Counted from the stretch's first letter, positions 26,709 to 39,961 are shown. The stretch: 64,000 nucleotides of DNA from Neodothiora populina (GCF_041146345.1 NW_027191414.1:434001-498000); one strand, 5' to 3'. Notes: a model not told the origin generated them from the sequence alone. Program-made: numbers and translations.

Positions 26709-29625
26709 TTACAACTCGTCGTGAGCGGCAGTGGCCGAAGAGGCATCGCCCTCGGGCTGAGCCAAAGAGCTGCTCTGTTCCTCAGCCTCAACGATGTCCT
26801 CCTTCTTAAGGTCGGCGTCAACGTTGACTTTAGGAGCCTTGTCGCTCGCGACAGCACCGCCCTCGTAATCAGTGCTGGGGTTTTCGGCCTCGGCGATAGT
26901 GCCAGCAGCTGAAGATGATGCCGCTTCGTCACCGGCGGCGTGCTCGGCCACCTCGTTGCCAGCATCATCGATCAGGCGCGTTCTCGTCTCGTACTTGGTG
27001 GAGAACTCGACCTTGCCTTCGAGAGCCTTGACTTGCTCTTCGTCAAGGAGGTTGCCGGCCGCATCACGGTATTCGACCTTTTCAAGGACGGCACCGACGC
27101 CGGGGGTCACGTGGACTTCTTGCTTGGGGTCTTGAGCGACCGGAGGGGCGGGTCCGTTCTGGGCGGCACCAGTCTGGACGGCTGCGGCGACTGGGGCACT
27201 GTAAGTGCTGTATTGGTCGTACTGTGTTTCCTGTCAGTTGCATCTTTGGTATCCAGAGTAAAAATAAGACTCACGTTGTCGTGGAAAGTGTTGCAGTCCC
27301 AGTCCCAAGGCTCGAACAGCTTGACTCTGTTGCAGTCCGCCTTGGTCCAGGCGTTTCCATAGGCGAGGGGCGCGTAGAGAGCGAATACAACAATGCTAAG
27401 GGCGAGGAAGACGACCGCACCAGCTTGGCCGATCGCAGGGCGGCTCTTGAGGCCGAGGACCTGGATGCGGTTGGTGAAGAAGTCGTAGACCTGGCAAAGA
27501 GCGATAATGGCAAAGTAGAGTGCAGGGAAGTAGTGGTGAAGGAAGAGCTGACGTTGCATAAGGAAGAAGGGGAAGTAGTGGAAGAACCATCCCAGAACCG
27601 AAGTGCCGATCTCGTAGTCGAATCGCTTGAAGGTGACGTTGCTGTAGTCATTGTAGCGTCTCTGCCAGCGGAGGACGGCAAGAGCCTTGAATGCAATGTA
27701 GAGTGCAATGGCGGCAGTGGTGCTCCACCAGATCAGAGGGTTGCCAATAAGATAAATTTGACGGTGGTCCTTGCCCCAGAAGTTGATGCCGCGGCGGAGG
27801 AGGGGCCAGGATGGAGGGCGAGAGTCCCAGGCGTGAGACTCGACGAGACCAGCGTTGGTGGTCCACATGACACGCTGAAGCTCCCAGAATTTACCGAAGA
27901 AGCCAGGGTTGCGGTAGTTGACCTTCTCGGCATCTTCGGCCAACATGGGGTGGGCGTTGCTCTCGACGTACCAGATGCTGTTGGGCAGGGTTCCACCCTT
28001 GGCGCAAGTGACCTCTTGCTGCTCGAAACCCCAGTCGGGAAGCTTGACCTTGTGAGAAAAGAGGACGCAGCCAGTCATGATGTGCACGAGCTTGAACTTG
28101 GTCTCGATGGTGCGGACACGCTCCTTGGCAGCAGCACCGTCGGACAAGTGCTTGACGATCTCGACCTTGAAGAGATCGTTGGCGTCTCCCTCGAATCCCT
28201 CATACCCGTAAGCCGAGACTTCGTTCTGCCAGTCGGCCTCGGTGACTGGGGGGCGGTGGTCGTGAGAGTGGACGCGGCGATCGGTGGTGATGTGGTAGAG
28301 CTTCAGAACGGAGCCGTCGGTGATGACTGAAGGATCGAGAGCATCCCAAGCCAGAGGACCCTTGATCTCGGCGCCAGCGGCGTCGATGGGTTGTGTCTGG
28401 TTCTCCAGAAGCCAGAGATTGTTCTCGTCCTTGTGAGGATAGAGGGTGATCTGTTGCTGCTGGCTACCAGTGGGGTACATGTGGCTGTGAGAGTGCAGGT
28501 AGCCGCCCTGGGTATTGTGGTGGCGCAGAGAAACGCGGCTGCCGAAGACAACGTCGGCGGGGACGTCCTGCATACCCTTGCTGTTGAGAGTGGACTGGAA
28601 CTCGGAGGACATGAAACCGTCACCGTCACCAGGATTCACAAGACACAGGAAGTGGATTGCGAACATGCCCATGTAGAAAGTCACAGGGATGATGATGAGA
28701 CAGAAAACGCGGGCGAAGAGGTGCTTGAACCAGAGGCGAGGAGTGACGTTCCTGGTATCGCCGAGGAGGACCCAGAGCTGGAGAGCAGTGAGACTGCCGA
28801 CCCAGGCGATGGTGAAGAGCCCAACCCACTTGACACTGACGGTGGCGCCGAGACCCAGACCAGTGAATGCAAGCCAGAACCACCAGCTAGGCGTGAAGGC
28901 CTTCTTGGGACCCTGCTCGTGCACGTTCGTGAAAGAAGTCCAGGCGAGGGCGGTGATTGCGGTGAAGATGACCAAGGGAGAGTCGAGGAGGATAAGTCTG
29001 GACTGCGTGACGAGACCGTTCTCGAAGATGACGAGGCCGGCGCCCATGGCAGCAGTGGTGGTCTTGCAACCAGCAGCCTTGAGGGTCAAGAACATGGTGG
29101 GGATGCTCAAGACACCGCAGATGGCAGGCAGCAGGCGCATGGAGACATAGGGCACACCGGGCTCGAGGTAGTCCTTGCCAATGTCCTTGAAGTCAAAGTC
29201 TCCGTCGAAGCCAGCCAACCATCCTGCGAGAGTGATGAGGAGCTTGGCCAGAGGAGGATGAACGTCCATGAAGAAGCGGCCCTTGATGTATTTGGAGGCG
29301 AAACCACCGAAGCTGTCGGGTGGGTTAGCATGCGATTGATGCGCGGGCATGAGAGACTCAAGACATACTGCACTTCATCGAAGACAACACTGGTGGGTTG
29401 GTAGATGCGGAACAGGCGCACAAAGGTGCCAATGACGGTCAAGAAACCGACTATCTGCCAATCCGAGCCTGGGAGCTTGGTCATGTCGTTGTCTTTCACT
29501 CCCTCCGAGGTATAACCCGGGCTCTTCTTTGCGACCTTGGCTTTGCTATCGCCATTGAGCTGGACAGCGGCAGCAGGCTGGACCGGTCGCGACGGCGACT
29601 TGGCCGATCGCGTTGTGGGAGCCAT
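26709..29625 (-). CDS. PMT1: Dolichyl-phosphate-mannose protein O-mannosyltransferase, PMT1 subfamily
   Basis: VVFDEV|HFGGFA, FFMDVHPPLAKL, MIR repeats (YLHSHSHMYPTGSQQQQITLYPHKDENN), QRQLFLHHYFPAL, C-terminal HDEL; 2 introns. Confidence 0.93.
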
Positions 29626-30696
29626 ATCCTATGTGATGGTGGTCGGTGTCGAGATGTCCTGACAAGATGGTCCCAGAGTGGGAGTGGGAGAGAAAACGGG
29701 GTGACAGGCAGGGAAAGTGAGTTGACACGAAGCTTCCTTGCTGGAGATGCGAGGGATTGTTCTGCAAGCTACAGGTACAGCGCCTTAGCCTTGCTTTCGC
29801 TTGCAAGTGTACCGTGGAGCTGTCGCACGGTTCAATCGCACCACACAATGTCAAAGGAAACAAGAGATGGAAGAAGATGGGATAAAGAGGAAAGAAGAAG
29901 GAAGGCAAAACAGAGGATGAGAAGAAGAGAGCGTATTGATGGAGCAGAAGCAGCTTCACAAGGACAAGGGGCGCTGTCCTCAACAGTGTGTCCGGTACAG
30001 ACAGCTATTTTAGTGGATTTAGTGAATTTAGTGACCACGTAACGTCCAGTGGAGCCATGTACAGTACAGTGCCTTACTCCTGGGACCAAAGTCAAACACA
30101 ACAGCTAGGTACTGATGGAATGCCCACCTTAATCGCCTTATTTTCTTAGTTGCACAGCAGCTAACGCCAAGCCAAACCCCCTATGTTTGGTCGTCAAGGT
30201 CAGGGTACGATTTCTTCGATTTTTGGGACGAGGCACAACAGAGAGGCTCTCTTACCAGCGAGCCAGTGCAGCCTACTGTACAAGGAGGATGATGGGAAAG
30301 AGAGGATCTGATGAACATGTCCGCGCTTAGATCCGAGGGTTTACTCGTCCACAAGTACAAGTTACCTTAGCTTATCAACGAGGGATCGATATGAACCGTG
30401 CGCCGCCGCAGCGTGAATTGTCAGCCAAGACTTTGTATACCTACCTTGTTACCCTAGCCTGGTATGGACAGACAAGAACAGTAAACTGCGACATTGCGTC
30501 TCAGCCCTCCTCCTCGCATGCATTCTGGGTGTTTAGAATATCAGCTGCGCTAGGAATCCCAGATAGCACGCGTCCACAGTGCACCAGGACAGGCATTCCA
30601 CACACATCGCGACAGGCGCAGCTGCAGCTCCAGCTCCAGCGTCGTGATCAGCGAGAAAGAGAAAAGGCAAGAGACAAAAGACAAAAGAGACACGCC

Positions 30697-32404
30697 ATGG
30701 CCGCCGCGCCACCAGTCGACCAGAATGGCTCGGGCGACACCCCCGACGGTCTCGACTTCAAGCCCCCTTCCGGAGTCATTGTGCCCCCGAAGGAAATCCG
30801 CATCTCAGCAGAGAAGACCGCAGGCTATGTTGCGCGTAACGGCCCCGCCTTCGAATCGCGAATCGTCGACCAGGCCGCCGCGAAACCCCAGTTCCAGTTC
30901 ATCCTGCCCGACAATCCATACAACTCTTACTACCTGTGGCGACTATCAGAAGTCAAAGAGGGACGAGGGAGTGCCGTTTCTGCCGGTCGCGACGGAGACG
31001 CCGCTCAACCCAAGAAGAAGGCCGGTCCCCAGCCGCCGCCAGACTTCCACTTTTCCGCCCGAATGCCCAACATGAGCGCCGTTGATCTCGAGACGGTCAG
31101 ACTCACCGCTCTCTTCATCGCCAAGAACGGGCGTCCCTGGATGCAGGCTTTGTCGCAGCGGGAGATGACCAACCCCAACTTCGCCTTCCTTCGTCCTCAA
31201 CACAGCTGGCACTCCTTCTTCACCCGACTCGTCGACCAATACACCGAGCTCCTGACCGGCGACAGCGTCGACCGAGGCCGGCCCCAGAAGGAGAAAGAGC
31301 AGACGCTGGAAAAGAACATCCAGAACAGATTTCACATACTCGAACGCGCGCGCAAGAGAGCAGAATGGGTCAAGTACCAAGAGACGCAAAAGGTCAAGCA
31401 GGAGGAGGAAGAGGAGGCCGAGAAGATCGCCTTTGCCCAGATCGACTGGCAGGATTTCACTGTCGTCGAGACACTGATCTTTGACGAGCACGACGATCAG
31501 GCACAGCTGCCACCCCCGACCAGCCTCAACGATCTGCAGTCAGCTTCCCTCGAGCAAAAGGCGCAGATGAGTCTCGCGCCCAGCAGTCACCGCATCGAAG
31601 AAGCCATGCCCGACGAGGAAGGCTTCACACCCATGCGATACACACCCCAGCCCTACGCCCCTTCACCAGCACAAGCGAATCTAATGGCAATGCCGCCGCC
31701 GAATCTGCCCTTCATGCCCTCTCCAGCTCAGTCTGTATCACCCGCCGGCGCTGCACCCTATGCACCTCCCCCTACCGGACATCAGAACGACGAGGAGCCG
31801 TCTCGCATGGCTGAACGTCAAGCCCAACAGCAGCGTGCCGAAGCTGCGAGAGCCGCGGCCAGCGGTCAAGGCCCGATGAAGATCAGACAGGATTACGTAC
31901 CGAGAGCACAGGCGAGAAAGCAGAATGCCGCCACCGGTATCTGCCCCAATTGCGGACAAGCCGTGGCGATGAGTGAGATGGAGAAACACATGAGGAGTAA
32001 GTCACTCGTCTTTTGTTTTGTTGTATTTACCGCTAACCTTCTTGCCAGTCGAAATGTTGGATCCTCGCTGGCGCGACCAGCAAAGGATCGCCCAACAGCG
32101 CTCCAGCACAACCAACTTGTCCACCGCAGACGTGGCAAACAACCTCAAGCGTCTCGCCTCGCAACGCTCTGATCTCTTCGATCCCGTCACCGGCACTCCT
32201 ATCTCTAAGGAAGAAGAGGAGCGCAGGAAGAGGGTCGAGATGAGCAGTTACGACGGCAGTGCTCAGCAGGGCGGAATGGCAGGCATGCAACAACAACAAC
32301 AACAACAGCAGCAGCAGCAGCAGCAGCAAGGTGGACAGCAACAACCGTCTACCGATGTCAATGAGCAGATCAGGCAGCTGCACCAGAGATATGGAACCCA
32401 ATGA
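30697..32404 (+). CDS. PRP21: Splicing factor 3A subunit 1 (Prp21/Sap114)
   Basis: Two SURP domains (EKTAGYVARNG; VRLTALFIAKNG), FAQIDWQDF, CPNC..HMR|IEMLDPRW; 1 intron; C-terminal polyQ. Confidence 0.93.
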
Positions 32405-33434
32405 AGAGGTTTCTTTTCTTGTTATTTGTTAGCGCACAACCAAATAGCAAGCGAGCAAGAGCGCTCGAAAAGCGACTCAGGCTTCTTGACGAGGATCGTC
32501 TTCACCCTCGGGTCTTGTTCACACTCGTCCACAAGCTGCAGTGAAGGTATGAAAGACAAAAACGATAGCACGAAGGCAGCCGCCTCAGCTCGCCGAGGTG
32601 TGATGATCAAGAGGAACGTGGCGACACAGCATACTTTCCCATCACCCCATTCTTCCAAGTCGAAGCAGGCCTACACCACAGACAGCATCAACACAAGTAT
32701 GGAAGGAGTCCAGACACCGACATTGACCGTGCGCTGCATTAGGTGGCGTTGCACACCGAAGCTTAAAACGAGCGCCTGCGACCAATAAACCAGGGCCCCG
32801 GCAGTGTCTTCCTCAAAACGGATATTGGCAACGAGTATATAGCAGAGGAGGATACAGTCACCCCTTGTGCGATTCCCGTCAGAAAGGGGTAAAAGATTAC
32901 TTTGGCGACTTTACTCAAAATCACGAGCTTTCAAACGCTGTTAACCTACCTTGTCCCCGTACCTTACATTTCTGTGGATCTGCCTTGAACAAACGCCTAC
33001 CTTACCTAAGCTAAGGTGCCTTGAGTGTGCAGGTCGGGCAGGTGTTATGAGATAAGGTACCTCGAGACAAGATTTGCTTCTTGTCGCTTCACTCTTTGCC
33101 CTAGGTAGTACCTTTCCTTCTCTGGCTGTATGTCTTGTCGTCTTACCGTATCGCCAAGCTCTCATGACTTCATGGGGAATGAAAGTTTTGACCACTGTTA
33201 GAGCTTGTGAAGTGAGATTGTACTCCCATGGAGTGTATATCCTTTCCTGTATCGAGCTCAATGATTCCTTAACACAAGTCACTGCTTCATCTGGAAGTCC
33301 CTCCATTTTGATTCGAACGAATTGTCGGTTCTTGATTTGTTAATTTGTTGGGTATCTACTGTATTCTCTTGTCTTTTCTTTTCGCCCTTTCACGTGTCCC
33401 CCAACACTCATATTTTCTATTATCAAACAATCAC

Positions 33435-35090
33435 TCATCTCTTCTCCGCCCCTTCAGAAGCACCAGCTAACCTCTTAGTCAACGCCGCATTCTCCTTTCT
33501 CATCTTCTCCATGTCCAGCAGCGCCGTCCTCTGTGCTTTCCTCAGCGCCGCGAGTTCGGACTGTAGTTGGGCGTTCTTTTGCTCCAAGGTGGGGGGTTTG
33601 TTGTTTGGTTCTTCTGCGTCTAAGCTCATGAAGTCGCCTTCCTTGGAAGCTGCCGAAGAAGCGCTTGTTCGCGTCGTGGGTTCTGTTGCCGCAGTCGATG
33701 GTGCAGCAGATGATGATGATGATGATGTTGAAGCTGGGTTCCAGGCCGCGAAATCGGCCAGTCCTCGTGCTAGCAGATCGGAAGGAAACGAAGGGTGCGT
33801 GAGCGCTCTGGTGAAGTCCGATTGTTGTTCTTCTGATCTTGCGACATGCGACGAAGGGTCGAAATCAGCGACGGCAAAAGACGTCGTGAATTGGCCACTG
33901 ATCTTGTAGTCGCCTGGTATAGCGCCGTCGATGTCCCCAGTGTCAAACGCGCCGTGCTTGGGCTTGACTATCGTGTGTGTTCTCGTCGCTTGTGCATTGG
34001 TCTTGTCCGCTGCTGCAAAGCCGGTTGTGGGCAAGAGGATGAGGTTCGTCACGGGAGCTGGCAGCGGCGATGCCGTGGGTGGGTAGGTCGCGCTGTAGCG
34101 CGCTAGGGGTATATCCCAGTGGAGGATCTTGCCCGAGGCGTGGCCGGTAGTGAGTACACTTCCATCGTAAGAAAGCATACAACTCAACGTGGCGCCGATG
34201 TCTTCACTCGGCGGAGACCATCGCGTCGTCGCAGGTGGCTGCACTGGTAATGCTGCTTGAGCCTCGTCGTAGAGTGGGTTCTTGGTGTTGTCTCTGTCAT
34301 CTGTCGCGTGTGCAGCAAAGGCCTCGGAGAAGAAGTTCAGAGACTGCACGCTACCGTCCTCGTAACCAGTATAGACTGCCCTATCGGCAGGATCGAGCGC
34401 CAAACACAGCGGAGTCGAAGGCAGCAGAATCGTGCGAAGAAGATTTGCATTGCGGTAATCCCACACAATAACCGTATTGTCCTTCGACGCCGAAACAAGA
34501 ACATTGTACGAGCCAGAGCTGTGGCCGACCGCAAGCGACGTGATAGCAGATCTATGCGCAGTGAGGGTATGAAGCGGCGAATGGGTATTTTGATTCGAGA
34601 ACGAAAGCAAATCGGCAATGGACCAGACATGAATACTGCTATCCGCACTGCCAGACAACAAGAAATTCGACTCCGGATCCGCAGCAACCGCGGTGACAGC
34701 CTGGAGATGCGCCTGCGACGTCACGACGAGTCGACCAGTATGTGTCTCCCAGAGAAAGATCCTGCCCTCTGCACTCCCAGCCACGAGAACGCTATCTTGA
34801 CACGCCAGCGCAACACAAGCTATCCGTTCGGGAAACGGCACGATGGCCTCCTGACTGCCTTTTTCCCGGCTGTACACATTGACCACTGCCTTGTCTGCCT
34901 GGGCGGCGAAGACGTGACTTGCGCTCACAGCAACGCAGTTCTGTAGCGCGGTGGACTTCTTGAATGCAGAGCGCGGCTGTGTGAGAGGTTGTGATTCGAA
35001 GACGAAGACGCCGACGTCTTTTGTGCCTGAGGAGCTTGGAATTTTAGTCGTTGGGATGCCGAGCGCGGCGGCGAATTGCTCCGTCAACAT
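33435..35090 (-). CDS. IPI3: Pre-rRNA processing WD40 protein Ipi3 (WDR18)
   Basis: MLTEQF start, AQADKAVVNVYSREKGSQEAIVPFPERI, WD repeats, C-terminal coiled coil. Confidence 0.88.
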   Translation of the reverse strand: MLTEQFAAALGIPTTKIPSSSGTKDVGVFVFESQPLTQPRSAFKKSTALQNCVAVSASHVFAAQADKAVVNVYSREKGSQEAIVPFPERIACVALACQDSVLVAGSAEGRIFLWETHTGRLVVTSQAHLQAVTAVAADPESNFLLSGSADSSIHVWSIADLLSFSNQNTHSPLHTLTAHRSAITSLAVGHSSGSYNVLVSASKDNTVIVWDYRNANLLRTILLPSTPLCLALDPADRAVYTGYEDGSVQSLNFFSEAFAAHATDDRDNTKNPLYDEAQAALPVQPPATTRWSPPSEDIGATLSCMLSYDGSVLTTGHASGKILHWDIPLARYSATYPPTASPLPAPVTNLILLPTTGFAAADKTNAQATRTHTIVKPKHGAFDTGDIDGAIPGDYKISGQFTTSFAVADFDPSSHVARSEEQQSDFTRALTHPSFPSDLLARGLADFAAWNPASTSSSSSSAAPSTAATEPTTRTSASSAASKEGDFMSLDAEEPNNKPPTLEQKNAQLQSELAALRKAQRTALLDMEKMRKENAALTKRLAGASEGAEKR

Positions 35091-35627
35091 TTTTTGTTTG
35101 AATGCCTTTTTCTTCCTGCTTTGGTAGAGTTGTTTTTGCTCTGAGAGAAAGAAAATATGGTATCGATATACACTGAGCTGGAGACTCGGCTGATAATACT
35201 TTTTTTGGTTGTCGAGACATGTGAAGACCCTGATCTGGACGCATCCGGCAGGTTTGCCGGTCCGTTTGGTCCACTACGAGAACTATGACGTCGTTCGCTG
35301 TACCTCTTGATCGATGCTAGGCAGTCTGCTTTGCACCTCTATCCACCGCGTTGATTATACAAAATATAGCACATTCATTGTGACACTTGCTACAGTAACT
35401 TAGAAGGGATGAAACTTTCTATTTCCTTCAAGGGTGAGACGACGTTACTAGGTAGGGCATGCACGTTTTGATCCAGTTGTGCTGTAATGGTCGCTTGAGC
35501 GATATCAATGACGCACTACGACTTTCTCACCATTCTGCTCACCTCACTGTACCATGACCTGCTCTATTCCTCCATCACATGTCTATGCTTGCATCGAGGT
35601 GATTATCCGATACCTAGACCTAAAACA

Positions 35628-36725
35628 ATGGCCGTTGATCCAATCGCCGACAAAGCAATGAGCACTCTACTCACTCAACCCTCCCTACCACCATCTCAGA
35701 TCCTACCCACTGTCTCACACGTTTCCAAATTCATGGCTTCTGTTTTCCCTATACGTCCCAAGGATGTAGATTTCGTGTATCATACCCCTGGCTATCGACC
35801 GCCTCGACAGCAAGCTTCTACGAATCCAGTCCTTAAATCAGGACTGCGGATTCTTCCTAGGTCCTCGACGCCGGTCTCGAGGGTTGTGCTGTCTATCACG
35901 CCGACGCAGGGCATTTATACTGCGATCGCACAGCCTAGTCAGCCGTCTTCTTCTTCTTCTTCTTCTTCTTCTTCTTCTTCTTCTTCTTCTTCTTCTTCTT
36001 CTTCTTCTTCGCTTTTGTTTCTACATCGACCTTTCACACTGGATCGACGACGCGTGACTCGAGGCACACACGTTCTCTCGTCTCATGTTGCGTTTGACGA
36101 GGTCCTGACGGTCGGCTATAACACTGTTCTCGCATCTAGGCTAGGCATCGACCTTTCTACTTCCATCTGCCTGGCAGGATATAAAGGTGATCCCGAACGC
36201 AGGATTGGAATTGTCGGTCGGCTCGAGACCCCGCGTTCTGCACGAGATATACTGCACTCTATCAGACGGGAGTTTGGTGGCAATGTAGACAGTGTCCACA
36301 ATTTCACCGAGTTGTCGGAAGATGACGACACTTCTCCTGCGTCAGATGAGTCAATCAACGTAATGGCCATAATGAACGCCTTTCACCCCGAAGAAGTGAA
36401 CAGAGTTCTCGAATTCGCGAGGTCGGCATCATGGCTCCAATCATCAGCTTCCGATGGACTGGAACTCGACAGACACACCGATGGCAAGGATATCCTTTAC
36501 CTGACCGGCCAAGCCCGAGAACCCGGGTTAGTTGCAGCGACAGAACATGGCATAAAGGTCGTCTGTGTGGGTCATCGTACGTGCGAGGAATGGGGAATTC
36601 GATACTTGGCATCACGTCTGAAGCAGGGATTCCCATCTTTGGATGTTGTCGAGGTGTTTGAAGATGAAGAGCCGCAGCCTCCTAGACCTCGGCAGTCTAA
36701 AAAGCAGAAGGTAGACGCTGTATGA
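35628..36725 (+). CDS. NIF3/DUF34-like dinuclear metal-centre protein
   Basis: LFLHRPF, SSHVAFDEVLTVGYN, LYLTGQ, VGHRTCEEWGIRYLA; intronless; start could be 35508. Confidence 0.8.
   Translation: MAVDPIADKAMSTLLTQPSLPPSQILPTVSHVSKFMASVFPIRPKDVDFVYHTPGYRPPRQQASTNPVLKSGLRILPRSSTPVSRVVLSITPTQGIYTAIAQPSQPSSSSSSSSSSSSSSSSSSSSSSLLFLHRPFTLDRRRVTRGTHVLSSHVAFDEVLTVGYNTVLASRLGIDLSTSICLAGYKGDPERRIGIVGRLETPRSARDILHSIRREFGGNVDSVHNFTELSEDDDTSPASDESINVMAIMNAFHPEEVNRVLEFARSASWLQSSASDGLELDRHTDGKDILYLTGQAREPGLVAATEHGIKVVCVGHRTCEEWGIRYLASRLKQGFPSLDVVEVFEDEEPQPPRPRQSKKQKVDAV
35946..36008 (+). repeat. (TCT)21 coding microsatellite (poly-Ser)
   Basis: Pure TCT run inside the NIF3-like CDS. Confidence 0.97.
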
Positions 36726-36747
36726 TATTACCATGGTGCGAAGTGTT

Positions 36748-37235
36748 CATTTCCCAGCCGTCTCGTCTTGGAGTCTGAATTGATTGAGAAACCCGTCGTC
36801 GAATAGATCCTGCGCGCTAGCTCTCTTGCTGATCTCCATCCTGCAGCCTACCCTCGCACGTCGTGAGAGTTTGATTGGGTATCGGTGTTTCGGCGTCTCA
36901 GTTGCCTTTGTTCGATTAGCAGAAGTCTTTACACTTTAAGGTCATCGGAAGGAACAGCTCACCTTCCGCGTCCCAACACCGACAGCACTCGTCGCTCCGT
37001 TCGAGGAACCTTTGTGATGGGGGGGGGGGGGGTCCCATCAGGCCGACCATTTCGGCGAGGTGCAGCTCGTCATCGAGACAACCGTCTTTGACAGCGCCGA
37101 AAAGATTGATGCGGCCTTTGAACAAATCCCAGACCTACGTTGCTCGTCGTCAATAACGCGCGAGAAAGGGATTCTTGGGGCTGGCTTGAACCATTACACC
37201 GACACACCATATATCTATCTCGTCGACCCTTTCCA
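36748..37235 (-). pseudogene. Relic of SRPK-like (CMGC) protein kinase, C-lobe only
   Basis: IDIWCVGVM|VWDLFKG..DDELHLAEMVGLMGPPP..FLERS..WDAEG|N*; TGA at 36898-36900 where W is expected; the 'MLxWxPE' segment is deleted before KRASAQDLFDDGFL; no N-lobe seen. Confidence 0.8.
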
Positions 37236-37633
37236 TATTAGTCTAGCGCCAAGTACGTGATGGCGCTGAAGAGTGCCATTCGAGCGTGGTGCTATTGTCC
37301 TCACCCGCGATGCTTCTCATGATGTAGACGATGTAGACGGTGCATAGATAGGTAGACTTGAGGATTCATCCATGATTGTCCATATGGATTGTCGCGCATA
37401 GAAGTGCCAAGACTTGGATGACTTTTACTACTCTGCACCATCACCGGGTCTCTAGGTCTGTAGAACAGCTTACAATCTGTACTCCAGTTCAGAACGGCCT
37501 TGCTATCGTGATACGTAGTCATTAGGCTTTGATCAAGGCCCTCAAACCTAGTCTACACAAGGTTCTAGCAGAGACGCGTCAATGCTTTGGGCTTTCCCTC
37601 TAGGATGTGGATATCCCTAGGATTTAGCAGGAT

Positions 37634-39102
37634 TTAGTTGTTGAGCCAAGGGTGATCCAGCAATTCCTTGGCAGTTTTCCTATCCTCGGGCCTCCACTGC
37701 AGCATCGAACGCATAAAGGCAAGGAAGTCATCTTTGTTGCCTCCCTCCAGGTTCTCTTCCGAGTCTTCCAACGTCATATCAGCCGGTATGTCGATAGCCA
37801 CGTTCCACTTCCCTGAGGCGTATGAATTAGATTCCCAAGTTCCCGATATTGCTGTAATGTAGCAGATGAGATACGCACCCTCTTCGGCGAAGAAATCACC
37901 ACTTCTCTTTCCGCGCTTCAGGAATTCGACAGGTGGCGGTCCAAGCACGGCAACAAGCTCCGCGATATGGGCTCGAGTTGTGTATCCATTGCCGTTGGGG
38001 TCCCAGTCCGTTGGCTCTATGCCATGAAATAGATGTTTGTCTTCGAAGATGTCCCAGATCTGTGGTGAAAGCAACGTTATCAGCGTGGTCCTGGTGTTCG
38101 AGTGGGTCATCGTTGAAGCTTACCATGCATCCCAGATTCCATATATCGACTGGATAACTCCACGGCATTTTCAGCATCACTTCTGGTGATCTATACACAA
38201 GTGGCTGAGCATTCTCCGTATGCTCAATATCACCATGAACGGCGGCACCAAAGTCTCCCAATATTGGTATGCCAAAGATTCGGGGAAGATTTAGTTGTCG
38301 GGACATATAGATAGGTGATCCATCGATGAATTTTCGGGGAGAAGGGTTCTGGAGCTCGGCAGTCACAAAGTCGTCAAAGATTTTTTCATCCTCGACGTCT
38401 TGTAATATATTGTCAGCTTTGATATCTAGAAATGACATGTCATTAGCTTCGAATCGTGTGAGCATAACGTTGGCCGTACCAGTATGTATGACCCTGCACA
38501 CAGTATGGAGATAATCGAGTGCTAGGAGTATGCTTCGAAGTCCAGCCTTCAGTAGGTCCTCGGTGAAGCGATGACTCGGATTTCGAGCTAGGAGAGCCCG
38601 GAAACTTTCCCATAGCGGCTTTTGTACGATGCAACGATGTGCTCCACCATCTCGTGGGATTGAAAATACATCCAAAGCGGTCCTGACGTGTCGAATACCA
38701 GGATGGCTACCAGAGCATGTCCGAAGATACTGATACATCGCGAACTCATCTTCGTTACTTTCGTCGCGTGTGAATATCTTCAATGCGACGTGCTTGTAGG
38801 TACTAGATTTCTGAGTTAACGTTCATTATTCGATCAAGTGCATGGGGGTTATCGCACCGAAGATCCCGAGCAAGCCAGACAGTCGATGTCACGCCAAACC
38901 CGAGCTTGCCAACTAATTGATACCGCGATGCTAAGACTTCTCCAATGTTGGCTGGATAATATCGCCCCATGGAATAATCGCTGAACATCTCCTCCTCGAG
39001 GACGACCGCCGAGCTAACAAGCTCGAAGCCGCTTGTCGGGAAGTGGATTGGCGCAACGCCGCCGATGACTCGCCCCAAACTCCGCCTTAGAAAAGAAGCC
39101 AT
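37634..39102 (-). CDS. SRPK-like (CMGC) Ser/Thr kinase of the expanded fungal family
   Basis: KLGFGVTSTVWLARDL, HVALK, IHT|DIKADN, GDFG, YRSPE, DIWNLG, MLQWRPEDRKTA; 4 introns. Confidence 0.9.
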
Positions 39103-39961
39103 TTCCTGAGAGACTTGAACACGATGCTGCTGTGCAGTAGAGGGATATGAGTATAGAGACAATGTGATCGGGTGGACAGAAGGTCTCAGGACATGTCACG
39201 AACGAGGCGTTATCTTCATGTTGAGCTAAACTGTTCCGTACTAGTCGCAGCGCCTTTGCAAGCTGGGCGGCTATCTAAGGTGATCAGACATTTCGCTTAA
39301 TACCTTACCTGCTGTTAGACTTGGAATACTCACATCACTCCACTTCAACGAAACATGGCGGCGACAATTGGACAAATTATATCGCATGTGATCGTGAAAA
39401 ATAAGATGTTCGACATGAAAGGCACATCTGCATGCTCGTCTGCATACATGCGCAACACGCGCCCACGCCATCACATCACATGGAAGGCCAATAGGAGGTG
39501 CACATTCGCGCTCTAGTCAGATCCACATTCTGGTCATATCGCCAATCTCAACATTTTCGTGTCGCTCGTTATGCGAGAGGACCTTCAGCAGTTCACTTCG
39601 GCGCTCGTGAGAAGTCTTGATTGGCAGCAAAACCATATCTCTATCAGACAGCTGACGCGTATCCGAAAGCCCCCGGCTATCAGAGTTGGCTGCTCACACC
39701 TCGATTGTAGCTACCGGCACACTTATCCTGCTCTTGTAGGCCTTTGCCAGAGTGTTCTGAGCTCAATGGCTGAAGCGAAACGCCGGTGGCGTCTCGGTAG
39801 TCGACTAGAGCTCCTTAGAACAATCCCATGGAGTATAATAAGTATAGGATCTGCTCCATGCACCATACAGGATTTCAGGCGAAGTTTCTAGGACGAGCAA
39901 GCGTTTTGGGTTGCTTGATCTCAATTCTGGACATTACGAACCCATAATCAGTACCACGAAG

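Noticed and set aside
27224..29404. Long + strand ORFs (368 and 337 aa)
   Set aside because: Antisense shadows of codon-biased PMT1
30391..30696. N-terminal extension of Prp21 from ATG 30391
   Set aside because: No recognisable content; the conserved-looking start is ATG 30697
32855..32972. Possible H/ACA snoRNA (ACCCCTT/AAGGGGT hairpin, AAAAGA, ACATTT)
   Set aside because: First hairpin is too short and no convincing second hairpin; needs snoGPS or Infernal
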